From: Candidatus Babeliales bacterium
GTDB lineage: Bacteria; Babelota; Babeliae; Babelales; JBFXEV01
Length of the DNA: 64,000 nucleotides
NCBI GenBank assembly: GCA_050179755.1
Contig: JBFXEV010000001.1
Coordinates: forward strand, 395,567 to 459,566
Direction: 5' to 3'
Of the stretch, positions 36,467 through 45,194 are shown piece by piece (within the stretch, counting starts at the first letter, position 1; each line of letters opens with the position of its first letter). The notes beneath the pieces are model-generated. The model saw only the letters and a program-made list of their open reading frames with translations. It made no database searches and had not been told where the DNA came from. A program made the position numbers and the translations under genes.

Positions 36467-38322
36467 GAATTACCTATCATTTTTTTCCCATTCTCAATAA
36501 AAAAATTAACTTGTACGGTTTCCACACCTATTTTCAAGAATCTCATCTTAACCATCTCATTTTGGAGCTTCTTATAGATGTTCTTTATATATAAATCTTC
36601 CTGCCCCTCTTTCATAACCTTAGTCATTATTCGAGCTATGGAATCAAAGTCTTTTGGATCTTTAACGAGCCTATCCCATAAATGATGCTCTGCCATAATA
36701 TGATCTTTGTTGTGCTGGCACAAGTTTGCGATATTATCGTCTATTTCACCTATACCTTCAATGTATATTTTATACCTATCTTGTAATGGATCCATTAACC
36801 CATTAGAATTACTGCCATTCGTACTTGCCGTAAAATTATTTTGTCCATCACCGCCATTCTGCGACAGCACCGTCAAGCCAGGTGACGCCTTAGAAGCAAC
36901 ATCAAAAACTTCACCAAGCGTACCGCCAGCAATTTCTATCGCGCTCGCACTTGCATTCATAATATCTGCAAGCGCTGCATCATAACAAATTGCCGCCTGC
37001 ATAGTGCTTGGATCTAGTGGTAAATTTAAAAAATCACTATTCTCTAAAAATCTACTCAATCCAGACCCTGCATTTTTGCTCAACATGCCCAATACACCAA
37101 AGGTAACGCTCGTCAACGTAGATTCCACCGCATAAGCAGTGCCCACTTCTACACCTTTTAACATGGTATCATAATCAAAATCATGGCATATCTTTGTTAA
37201 AGCATTTTTAACATCAAGCACTGTTTGGCGGGCGGCAAATACGTCTCGCTTCACAAGGCCCCAATATGTTATCTTGCCCTGCTGCAGGTCAATCGCATCT
37301 TGCAATGATTGCTCCATGTAGCGCAGCGTGTAATGACCTGCCTTATTGCCAATAATATGCACTGTTTTTGCAAGACCATATAATGTGTCTCGCGCTGCAT
37401 CAAATGGATGCAGCAGTTTATTTGCGTAATTTACACCTCCTTTTGCTGCTCCTCTGCCAACTGCGGCGCCAATATCACATGTAATCTCTTTTACTTGCAG
37501 CGTTAACTTGTATAATCCATGGCAAAAATCAGCAAATGAAAAAGCGTCGGCTACACGCCCTCTCTGATTATGCACGTGGCCTGCATGCGCAAAGCGAGTA
37601 AGTGTTGATGCAATGGGTTTATAATTATAATCTTGCTGATATCGCAGAGATCCTGCGCCATTGAGAATATCCACAAACTCTTGATGCAAGACGCGTTGAA
37701 TTTGATTGCCATAACACGTTGGATATGCTGTTACTTCAATGCATTCCTCCTGCATCAAACAAAAAGCTTCATGAGTAATTTGATACGTCTGTTCTTGCCA
37801 TATTTGATTCCCCGTCAAACAATCATGCAAAGCCTCTGTGCGCTTTACTCTATACTGACGGGGAGTTAACGCATGTATATCATCATATACTTCTATCTGT
37901 TGATATAACGCATAGTGTTCTTGCAGTTCTTGCTGTGTTTCACTAAAAATCTGCGCCGTCTGCTTTTTATAAACACGCTGTTCTTCACATTTTCTTTTTG
38001 CTTGATTTTGAACTTCTAATTCATATGCATGTTGGGCAGCTGCTTGCTCTGCTTGCTTTAATTTTTCTTGTTTTTCACGCACAAATGATAGATGCTGATA
38101 TTCTTCCTCTTCCTGCTTTCTTTTCTCTTTTTTATCTGAGCTCTTTTTAAATATACTAACAAAACATTTGCCTGCAGCGTATGCTAAAACACAAGTACCA
38201 ACTATTACGCTAGCTGCTGCTTCAGCCGAATCTTTCACAAAACTAAATTCATTTTGTGCATAGAGTTGTTGCGTTTGACCAAAAACAAACAGCCAAAGTA
38301 AGGCAAGATGTTTTATTTTCAT
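36451..38322 (-). CDS. polymorphic-toxin-like protein 2 (alternative His-rich C-terminal domain)
   Basis: 623 aa: signal peptide, TM helix, charged coiled coil and shared core up to 'LSQNGGDG' (36844-36867). A unique approx. 130-aa C-terminus follows, containing 'CQHNKDHIMAEHHLWDRL'. Confidence 0.6.
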   Translation of the reverse strand: MKIKHLALLWLFVFGQTQQLYAQNEFSFVKDSAEAAASVIVGTCVLAYAAGKCFVSIFKKSSDKKEKRKQEEEEYQHLSFVREKQEKLKQAEQAAAQHAYELEVQNQAKRKCEEQRVYKKQTAQIFSETQQELQEHYALYQQIEVYDDIHALTPRQYRVKRTEALHDCLTGNQIWQEQTYQITHEAFCLMQEECIEVTAYPTCYGNQIQRVLHQEFVDILNGAGSLRYQQDYNYKPIASTLTRFAHAGHVHNQRGRVADAFSFADFCHGLYKLTLQVKEITCDIGAAVGRGAAKGGVNYANKLLHPFDAARDTLYGLAKTVHIIGNKAGHYTLRYMEQSLQDAIDLQQGKITYWGLVKRDVFAARQTVLDVKNALTKICHDFDYDTMLKGVEVGTAYAVESTLTSVTFGVLGMLSKNAGSGLSRFLENSDFLNLPLDPSTMQAAICYDAALADIMNASASAIEIAGGTLGEVFDVASKASPGLTVLSQNGGDGQNNFTASTNGSNSNGLMDPLQDRYKIYIEGIGEIDDNIANLCQHNKDHIMAEHHLWDRLVKDPKDFDSIARIMTKVMKEGQEDLYIKNIYKKLQNEMVKMRFLKIGVETVQVNFFIENGKKMIGNSWVRP

Positions 38323-38500
38323 GAGTGCTCCTTAGATGTATAAAAACTATGTGCAAGTATAATCCAAAAACTAACATGTAAAGAGAAATTGTCTCAATCA
38401 ATTGACTCAATCAATGTATTGAATACATAAAAATGATATTTTAGCGCGCAAGAATAAGTTTTTTAACGTTCTTTTTATTTTTTTTGAGATGGAAAATAGC
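38323..38500 (-). promoter_or_regulatory. conserved leader/promoter repeat of the toxin genes, copy 2
   Basis: Shared with copies 1 and 3. -10 TATACT at 38356-38361, -35 TTTACA at 38377-38382, with a 15-nt spacer. Confidence 0.45.
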
Positions 38501-38515
38501 TTACGGTCGATAACT

Positions 38516-38923
38516 TTACAATTCTTCATTTATCTCAAGACCATCAATACGAATACTCTCAAGTAAGTCGAGCAATATGTCTAAATATGCAACATAGTCA
38601 GGTGACGGTTCTCTTTCTTCAATATGTAATTTCATAATTAAGGGTTCTTGTAGATATAATTTTATTGAATTACTCACAAATACTATACGTGCATGTAGAT
38701 TACCTCTTTGTATATAAAAACTATATTGTTTATTATTATCTATAGCTCTATATATTTGCTCTGCAATAACTGATACATCAAATTCTCTTTTATTTTCATT
38801 AGAGAAAATTGAAATAAAATGCTTTTGTGCATTTCCTAAAAATGTAGCATACACTTCATGTAAGTCTATATAATCCGGAGTTGAATCAAAATGAACATGA
38901 AATAATTTAATTTCTTTAAACAT
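38516..38923 (-). CDS. immunity-like protein B3 (pairs with 30550..30963)
   Basis: 135 aa, homologous to B1 along its full length. Confidence 0.55.
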   Translation of the reverse strand: MFKEIKLFHVHFDSTPDYIDLHEVYATFLGNAQKHFISIFSNENKREFDVSVIAEQIYRAIDNNKQYSFYIQRGNLHARIVFVSNSIKLYLQEPLIMKLHIEEREPSPDYVAYLDILLDLLESIRIDGLEINEEL

Positions 38924-38925
38924 AA

Positions 38926-39309
38926 TTACTCTATATCAATTTTAAGGTCACAGATTGCAAAATTCCTTATCATTTCAACAAATATTCGCATATAATAGAC
39001 AGCATCAATATCATAAAAATCACCTATTGATAGGCCCAACTTCCTAATTTCAGGATCACGCGGTGAAGATGCAATATGTATAATATGACCATCTATTTTT
39101 CCTATAATCGAATAGGTCTCATATATATTAATAGACAATAATGCTGCAACTGCATCATCGAGGCTTTCAAATTCTTGATCACATGCTACAGGAAAATATT
39201 TAAATCCAAACCTTATTCCTTGTTCAAGAATATTTTTAAAATTTTGTTTTGTATATGAAACATTTAGTAATATTTCATATGAATAGGCTCTACTCAATTT
39301 ATTCCTCAC
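38926..39309 (-). CDS. immunity-like protein A3 (pairs with 30967..31338)
   Basis: 127 aa. The GTG start overlaps the toxin 3 stop by 11 nt; an alternative TTG lies at 39297. Homologous to A1. Confidence 0.55.
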   Translation of the reverse strand: MRNKLSRAYSYEILLNVSYTKQNFKNILEQGIRFGFKYFPVACDQEFESLDDAVAALLSINIYETYSIIGKIDGHIIHIASSPRDPEIRKLGLSIGDFYDIDAVYYMRIFVEMIRNFAICDLKIDIE

Positions 39310-41380
39310 AAAGAGTTATACCAATTTTTATTAATCTTGCTCTAATGTCTTCTGGCACACCATTACTAAAGCAAATTTCATATATTTTTCCATCTTTTTT
39401 GGCAAGGTCTCTTGCATGACCCGCTCGTGAAAGCAACCTTTTTACTTTGTCTTCGGAAATTTTATCCCAGAACCAATCTTTACACTCGATCCACTTAGTT
39501 TCTGTAACTATATCAATTTCACAATCTAGCACTTTTTTACCAAATTCAATTATACGTTCTTTATTTTTAAATAGTCTATTGGCTGTTTTAATTTCAAAAG
39601 CTGCTCCTTGAGCAGTTTTTGTACTTTTCGCTGCTCTAAAATTATTAATAAATTTTTGGAATGGACCATCTTTAGTTAAAAATCCCTTTATATCTTTAAA
39701 TTGCTCATAAGTTATTCTTAACTCTTCATATTCAAGTCCTACTCTTTGCATTTGATGATATGTTGATGGAGTGTTTAATTCTTCTAATTTTAAACATGCT
39801 TCCTCAGATAGCCAGTTTCTTGGCTTTTCTCTAGGAGCATTTTGACTGTTTTGAGTATTATTGCCAAATCCACTTATTTGTGCGCCGTCATCAGACGTAC
39901 TATTTGGTCCACTGCCTCCTGATCCAGCATTCGATGCCAATGTTAACACAGGAGCTATTTTAGATGCTGCGTCAAAAGCCCCACTAGCTATTTGAACAGC
40001 ACCTGCACTTGCATTCATAATATCTGCAAGCGCTGCATCATAACAAATTGCCGCCTGCATAGTGCTTGGATCTAATGGTAAATTTAAAAAATCGCTATTC
40101 TCTAAAAATCTACTCAATCCTGATCCGGCATTTTTGCTCAACATGCCCAATGCACCAAAGGTAACGCTCGTTAACGTAGATTCCACCGCATAAGCAGTGC
40201 CTACTTCTATGCCTTTTAGCATGGTATCATAATCAAAATCATGGCATATCTTTGTTAAAGCATTCTTAACATCAAGCATTGTTTGGCGGGCGGCAAATAC
40301 GTCTCGCTTCACAAGGCCCCAATACGTTATCTTGCCCTGCTGCAGGTCAATCGCATCTTGCAATGATTGCTCCATGTAGCGCAGCGTGTAATGACCTGCC
40401 TTATTGCCAATAACATGCACTGTTTTTGCAAGGCCGTATAATGTGTTGCAAGCAGTATCAATCGGATGCAGCACTTTATTTGCGTAATTTACACCTCCTT
40501 TTGCTGCTCCTCTGCCCACTGCGGCGCTAATATCACACGTAATCTCTTTTACTTGCAGCGTTAACTTGTATAATCCATGGCAAAAATCAGCAAATGAAAA
40601 AGCGTCGGCTACACGCCCTCTCTGATTATGCACGTGGCCTGCATGCGCAAAGCGCGTAAGTGTTGATGCAATTGGCTTATAATTATAATCTTGCTGATAC
40701 CGCAGTTTGCCTGCACCGTTGAGAATATCCACAATCTCTTGATGCAAGACGCGTTGAATTTGATTGCCATAACATTTTGGATATGTTGTTGTTGCAATTC
40801 CTTCTTCCTGCATCAAACAAAAAGCTTCATGCGTAATTTGATACGTCTGTTCTTGCCATACGTGATTACCCGTCAAACAATCATGCAGAGCCTCTGTGCG
40901 CTTTACTCTATATTGATGGGGAGTTAACGCATGTATATCATCATATACTTCTATCTGTTGATATAACGCATAGTGTTCTTGCAGTTCTTGCTGTGTTTCA
41001 CTAAAAATCTGCGCCGTCTGCTTTTTATAAACACGCTGTTCTTCACATTTTCTTTTTGCTTGATTTTGAACTTCTAATTCATATGCATGTTGGGCAGCTG
41101 CTTGCTCTGCTTGCTTTAATTTTTCTTGTTTTTCACGCACAAATGATAGATGCTGATATTCTTCCTCTTCCTGCTTTCTTTTCTCTTTTTTATCTGAGCT
41201 CTTTTTAAATATACTAACAAAACATTTGCCTGCAGCGTATGCTAAAACACAAGTACCAACTATTACGCTAGCTGCTGCTTCAGCCGAATCTTTCACAAAA
41301 CTAAATTCATTTTGTGCATAGAGTTGTTGCGTTTGACCAAAAACAAACAGCCAAAGTAAGGCAAGATGTTTTATTTTCAT
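39299..41380 (-). CDS. polymorphic-toxin-like protein 3 (PD-(D/E)xK-like C-terminal domain), intact
   Basis: 693 aa: signal peptide MKIKHLALLWLFVFGQTQQLYA, TM helix 'ASVIVGTCVLAYAAGKCFVSIF', KE-rich coiled coil, conserved core, G/S/N-rich linker and a C-terminal domain with 'EIDIVTETKWIECK' (39479-39520). Confidence 0.65.
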   Translation of the reverse strand: MKIKHLALLWLFVFGQTQQLYAQNEFSFVKDSAEAAASVIVGTCVLAYAAGKCFVSIFKKSSDKKEKRKQEEEEYQHLSFVREKQEKLKQAEQAAAQHAYELEVQNQAKRKCEEQRVYKKQTAQIFSETQQELQEHYALYQQIEVYDDIHALTPHQYRVKRTEALHDCLTGNHVWQEQTYQITHEAFCLMQEEGIATTTYPKCYGNQIQRVLHQEIVDILNGAGKLRYQQDYNYKPIASTLTRFAHAGHVHNQRGRVADAFSFADFCHGLYKLTLQVKEITCDISAAVGRGAAKGGVNYANKVLHPIDTACNTLYGLAKTVHVIGNKAGHYTLRYMEQSLQDAIDLQQGKITYWGLVKRDVFAARQTMLDVKNALTKICHDFDYDTMLKGIEVGTAYAVESTLTSVTFGALGMLSKNAGSGLSRFLENSDFLNLPLDPSTMQAAICYDAALADIMNASAGAVQIASGAFDAASKIAPVLTLASNAGSGGSGPNSTSDDGAQISGFGNNTQNSQNAPREKPRNWLSEEACLKLEELNTPSTYHQMQRVGLEYEELRITYEQFKDIKGFLTKDGPFQKFINNFRAAKSTKTAQGAAFEIKTANRLFKNKERIIEFGKKVLDCEIDIVTETKWIECKDWFWDKISEDKVKRLLSRAGHARDLAKKDGKIYEICFSNGVPEDIRARLIKIGITLCEE

Positions 41381-41520
41381 GAGTGCTCCTTAGATGTATA
41401 AAAACTATGTGCAAGTATAATCCCAAAAGTAAACATGTAAAGAAAAAACATCTCGATATATTGATTAAATCAATGTATTGAATACATAAAAATGATATTT
41501 TAGCGCGCAATAATAAGCTT
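41381..41520 (-). promoter_or_regulatory. conserved leader/promoter repeat of the toxin genes, copy 3
   Basis: -10 TATACT at 41414-41419, -35 TTTACA at 41436-41441, with a 16-nt spacer and RBS TAAGGAG. Confidence 0.45.
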
Positions 41521-41531
41521 TTTATACACTA

Positions 41532-43451
41532 CTACTCAGCAAGACGTGCTATAACCTCTTTATTTACTTCTCTTTTTTCTGCAGCGCGCATTGCATGTTT
41601 CCACATAACATCACGCACATTATAGCCCGGGTGATGTGCTGCATTATAAGCTTCAGCCACCTTAAACCCGATGAACAGTTCTAGTATTTCTGCCGTCTCG
41701 CGCATCTTCCATAAACGCTGCATTTCTTGCGAAAGATCATGCACTGTTTTGCCCGTGTGCAAGTTAGGCATACTCACCGGCATGTCCATTAGCCTTGTAT
41801 CATCAGATGCCCATGCCACCCTTGGCCATAAAAGATATACTAGAGTCCTCAGTTTTTCTAATTGCCCTTTATAGCGATAACTATTGTACAGTAATACTTC
41901 AATTGGTTTTAGATGATCATAGTTTTCTAGCAACTTATCACCGTCCAAACTGCGCACAAAATCAAACACAGCCGGGTCCATTAAGGCGCCATGCTCTGCA
42001 AGCGCGTGATACATTGTATTACCTTCATAATCTTGTTTGTTCACATCAATATACTTTGCAACCAATTTCGCCATGGCAACTGAACGCGGGCAAAAAGATC
42101 TGTGCACGTCAGCATAAAGCTTGTGCCGTAGCATGTATTGTATAAACGCACAATCATCTTCAAGAAAAGCATGCTTTACCATGTGGCGCAATTCAGAACT
42201 ATCAAATAAATATCCCAATCGAGTGGCAATAGTTAATGCAACCCAGCCACGTACGGTATGCCAATTTAAAAATATTCTCTTAAATTCTTGCTCTAAAAGA
42301 ATACCCGCATCATCAGACACTGAAATATCCTTGCGCTTGCACGCCAAAACCCGTCTACCGCCACTATAACTTGCATCTGTGTTTAATACTTTGCAAGATA
42401 AATCATCTGATCGCTCGGGCACAAGGGGCACGCATTGCTGCATAAATGAAAGCGTAACCACTTGATCAACCTCATCAATCTCTTGATGTTCTTCACAAAT
42501 CAATGTGGCAACATCTTGCGCTCTATAACAAACACCTTGTAGGTCAGGTATGTCCTGCGTATAAGCAAGCCCCAACGCACAAGCAACAGGTGCATAACGA
42601 TTAATCAGAAGATAATCTTTGTATGTTTTGCCATGAGCATCTTTTACTGTGCCATCAACTCCTTGCGCCAGCAAGAATATAAGCATTGGCACAATGCATT
42701 CTTCTTTTTGCTCTAGATTGTAGAGCGCTGCGCAATGCAATGGCGTACGTCCTTGTGCATCGCACGCATGCACGTCAGCTCCTTTAGCTATGCAAAACTT
42801 TAAAAGTTTAATTATTTCGTTGCCAGCATGCCCGCGGCTTTTAGGCATAGGAGGGTGTGTACACATATGATGTAGTATTGTTTTATTATCTCTGGCAGCA
42901 CGCACACTATAATCTGCGCCAAGAAATAACCAAAGCCGCTTGGCCATTTTTTTACTTTGCGCAATAAAAAAAAATGGTAATTCTTCACTGCTACAAATTC
43001 CCTTACGACGTGCAGGTTCGCATGTATTTTCGGTATACAATGTATGTATAAGCCAACTTGGAGCAGGTCTATATGGTGCAATAGTTGCAATAAAACGCGG
43101 CAAGTCTTTCTCTATCGCCTTTTTAAGCAATGCTCGTAAATCGAATTCATCTGCAACGCCCACGGCTACACAGCATGCGGCCTTATATTGTTGCTCCATA
43201 GTATCAAGAGCCGCCACGTGCGCGAGCGCATCTTTGCGCACAGAATATGGACTCGCGCGCAAGCGCTGTGCTGTGCGATCTTCTTGTAATTCCCAAGTGG
43301 GCCAATATCCATTAAAAGTACGTGCAGCCAGAATAGGCCAACCGTGATTTGCAAACTCTTCTTTGGTGTTAAATGGTTTTATAATATCCATCGCGCCCAC
43401 CACATGAGCTACCGCAATCATACTCAGCAACACAATTCTCTGTATAATCAT
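41532..43451 (-). CDS. exported ankyrin-repeat protein, paralog A
   Basis: Signal peptide MIIQRIVLLSMIAVAHVVGA. Ankyrin core 'GADVHACDAQGRTPLHCAALYN'. The N- and C-terminal regions are collinear with 50637..52409. Confidence 0.7.
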   Translation of the reverse strand: MIIQRIVLLSMIAVAHVVGAMDIIKPFNTKEEFANHGWPILAARTFNGYWPTWELQEDRTAQRLRASPYSVRKDALAHVAALDTMEQQYKAACCVAVGVADEFDLRALLKKAIEKDLPRFIATIAPYRPAPSWLIHTLYTENTCEPARRKGICSSEELPFFFIAQSKKMAKRLWLFLGADYSVRAARDNKTILHHMCTHPPMPKSRGHAGNEIIKLLKFCIAKGADVHACDAQGRTPLHCAALYNLEQKEECIVPMLIFLLAQGVDGTVKDAHGKTYKDYLLINRYAPVACALGLAYTQDIPDLQGVCYRAQDVATLICEEHQEIDEVDQVVTLSFMQQCVPLVPERSDDLSCKVLNTDASYSGGRRVLACKRKDISVSDDAGILLEQEFKRIFLNWHTVRGWVALTIATRLGYLFDSSELRHMVKHAFLEDDCAFIQYMLRHKLYADVHRSFCPRSVAMAKLVAKYIDVNKQDYEGNTMYHALAEHGALMDPAVFDFVRSLDGDKLLENYDHLKPIEVLLYNSYRYKGQLEKLRTLVYLLWPRVAWASDDTRLMDMPVSMPNLHTGKTVHDLSQEMQRLWKMRETAEILELFIGFKVAEAYNAAHHPGYNVRDVMWKHAMRAAEKREVNKEVIARLAE

Positions 43452-43937
43452 AAATCTCTTTGCTCCCGTATTCTCCTGTATGATCAAGCTTTGTTTTATT
43501 AAACTTGTTTATGCACGACAATTGCTCTTCTTTGCCATATTGCATAAAACGATAACTGTGCTCTGCTAACACGTCAAGCGCAGTCTGTGACCAAAAACAA
43601 ACAGCTAAAGTACTGAACATCAAGAAGTTGAATTAAAAGCACAACGGAGTGAGCTCTCTTGTGTTTCTGCATTTTTTGGAATAATGTCTGCATTTACCTT
43701 TATGCAGGCAGAAAGTGATGTAACTTTGCGATTAATTTCTTTCGCTTCTGCTTTACTTGCGACATCTCACCATGTTACCAAACAACAGTTATCCGCTGGC
43801 ACTATTTTTGAGACTAGAAAGAAAGAATTAGCTACACAGTTAAATATAACTAAAATCAAAATTGAACCTGATGAATTTATAAGCTGTGTAAAAAACAATC
43901 ATTAAATTCAGTAAAATTTTATTACTCTGCAGCCTTC

Positions 43938-44501
43938 TCATGCAATCTGGCAACACACGCGGCTTTTTTCATGCGCATATGCAAGATACTGCTGAGAATA
44001 TTCACTGTTAATATACTTTGATTGTTCAAATATTTCATTATACAATCTAAATCCACCCTGCTCACAAAGCGCCCTATGCACCGTATTTGCCCTACGCACC
44101 ATAACAAGCACTTTTTGAGCCTCCGGATACTGCCGCAGCACATGCTGCACATACGCATTGCGGATCATAAGCTCCTGTTCTTTATATAAAATATTAATGG
44201 GCAGCGTACGTATAAGCACTGTGTTAGTATCCCTCAACAATTCATAGGTTGTGCACCCTACAAGTTCATAACCCAAAAACGCAAAAGCTAGTTTTAACTT
44301 ATTATCACCCAGTGCAGCGCGTGTTTTAGCAAAAATCCTTGCAAGATAAGCATCAACTGGCTCAGTAACCCCTAGTGTTGCAGGAGATATCTCTTTATAA
44401 AGATGAGAAAAGTAGCGGATAAAAATGGCTTTAAATTGAACTAATTCATTGCTGCTTATTTCTTTTATTTCTTGAACACGAATATCAGCACTTGATTGCA
44501 T
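43938..44501 (-). CDS. possible GNAT-like acetyltransferase
   Basis: 187 aa. 'VMVRRANTVHRALCEQGGFRL' fits the GNAT N..A..LY...GF block only loosely. Confidence 0.35.
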   Translation of the reverse strand: MQSSADIRVQEIKEISSNELVQFKAIFIRYFSHLYKEISPATLGVTEPVDAYLARIFAKTRAALGDNKLKLAFAFLGYELVGCTTYELLRDTNTVLIRTLPINILYKEQELMIRNAYVQHVLRQYPEAQKVLVMVRRANTVHRALCEQGGFRLYNEIFEQSKYINSEYSQQYLAYAHEKSRVCCQIA

Positions 44502-44532
44502 AAAATGATATTTTCTTTAGAACTGTTGTAGT

Positions 44533-45156
44533 TTATTTAGACGTTTTTGTGACTTCTTTCAACTTATCTTCATATTCTTTGAATGTTGAAAGTCCAACAG
44601 CTTTTCTACGCATATCTATATTTTCTGAATCTTCAATCTCATAAGGAACCATTACGCCATCTTGCAAATGAAATTGCGTGCCATATCTTTGTGGTCTATT
44701 TTCTGCCATTGCTACACGATCATAAAGATAGGCAGTATTTTTGCAACTTGTTTCTTTTTTTAAACAAAGTTTTTCTAAACGTGTAAGCACTTCTTTCTGA
44801 AACGCAGGATCAAGATCGGCATGTTGCACCAAAAGCCATGCATCATTATCTGCCTCTTCTCCAAACGCAGAAATAATGGGCCATTGCTCAGGCAAACTTT
44901 GTAATATATCTTTTAACACTGCGGTATTTTTTCTATCAATTGCATGAATTTGCTCCCATAACGCCGTATCAAACTGTGCATAATCAACTTTTAAACGAAG
45001 GTCCTGATCTTCAGCAACCATTGCTTTAAGCTGTTTTTGAATTGATTCTCTTTGTGATCCCGGCTTTTTCATACAATAGAGAGCGCTCACCACAATAAGA
45101 AGCAAAAGAACAAGCATTATTTTATTATAACTCTGCATGCTTACTCTTTCAGACAA
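44533..45156 (-). CDS. hypothetical exported protein
   Basis: Signal/anchor 'IMLVLLLLIVVSALYC'. Conserved-looking blocks 'DAWLLVQHADLD' and 'YLYDRVAMAENRPQRYGTQF'. The family is not named with confidence. Confidence 0.45.
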   Translation of the reverse strand: MSERVSMQSYNKIMLVLLLLIVVSALYCMKKPGSQRESIQKQLKAMVAEDQDLRLKVDYAQFDTALWEQIHAIDRKNTAVLKDILQSLPEQWPIISAFGEEADNDAWLLVQHADLDPAFQKEVLTRLEKLCLKKETSCKNTAYLYDRVAMAENRPQRYGTQFHLQDGVMVPYEIEDSENIDMRRKAVGLSTFKEYEDKLKEVTKTSK

Positions 45157-45194
45157 TAATTAAGATTCATTGCATATACTAAACTCATAGACAT

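Noticed and set aside
42955-42975. Homopolymer tracts (T9 on the coding strand in ankyrin paralog A, encoding PFFFIA; T7 in paralog B) could be phase-variation switches.
   Set aside because: The tracts are short, encode a conserved 'FF(F/L)(I/L)AQ(S/T)KK' motif in both paralogs, and show no sign of length heterogeneity within this single sequence.
43589-43612. A 24-nt match (gaccaaaaacaaacagctaaagta) to the signal-peptide coding region of the toxin genes lies upstream of the ankyrin gene. It could be a fourth toxin 5' remnant.
   Set aside because: The match is short, has a stop in the toxin frame, and no leader/promoter repeat or core homology follows. It may be chance or a tiny relic.
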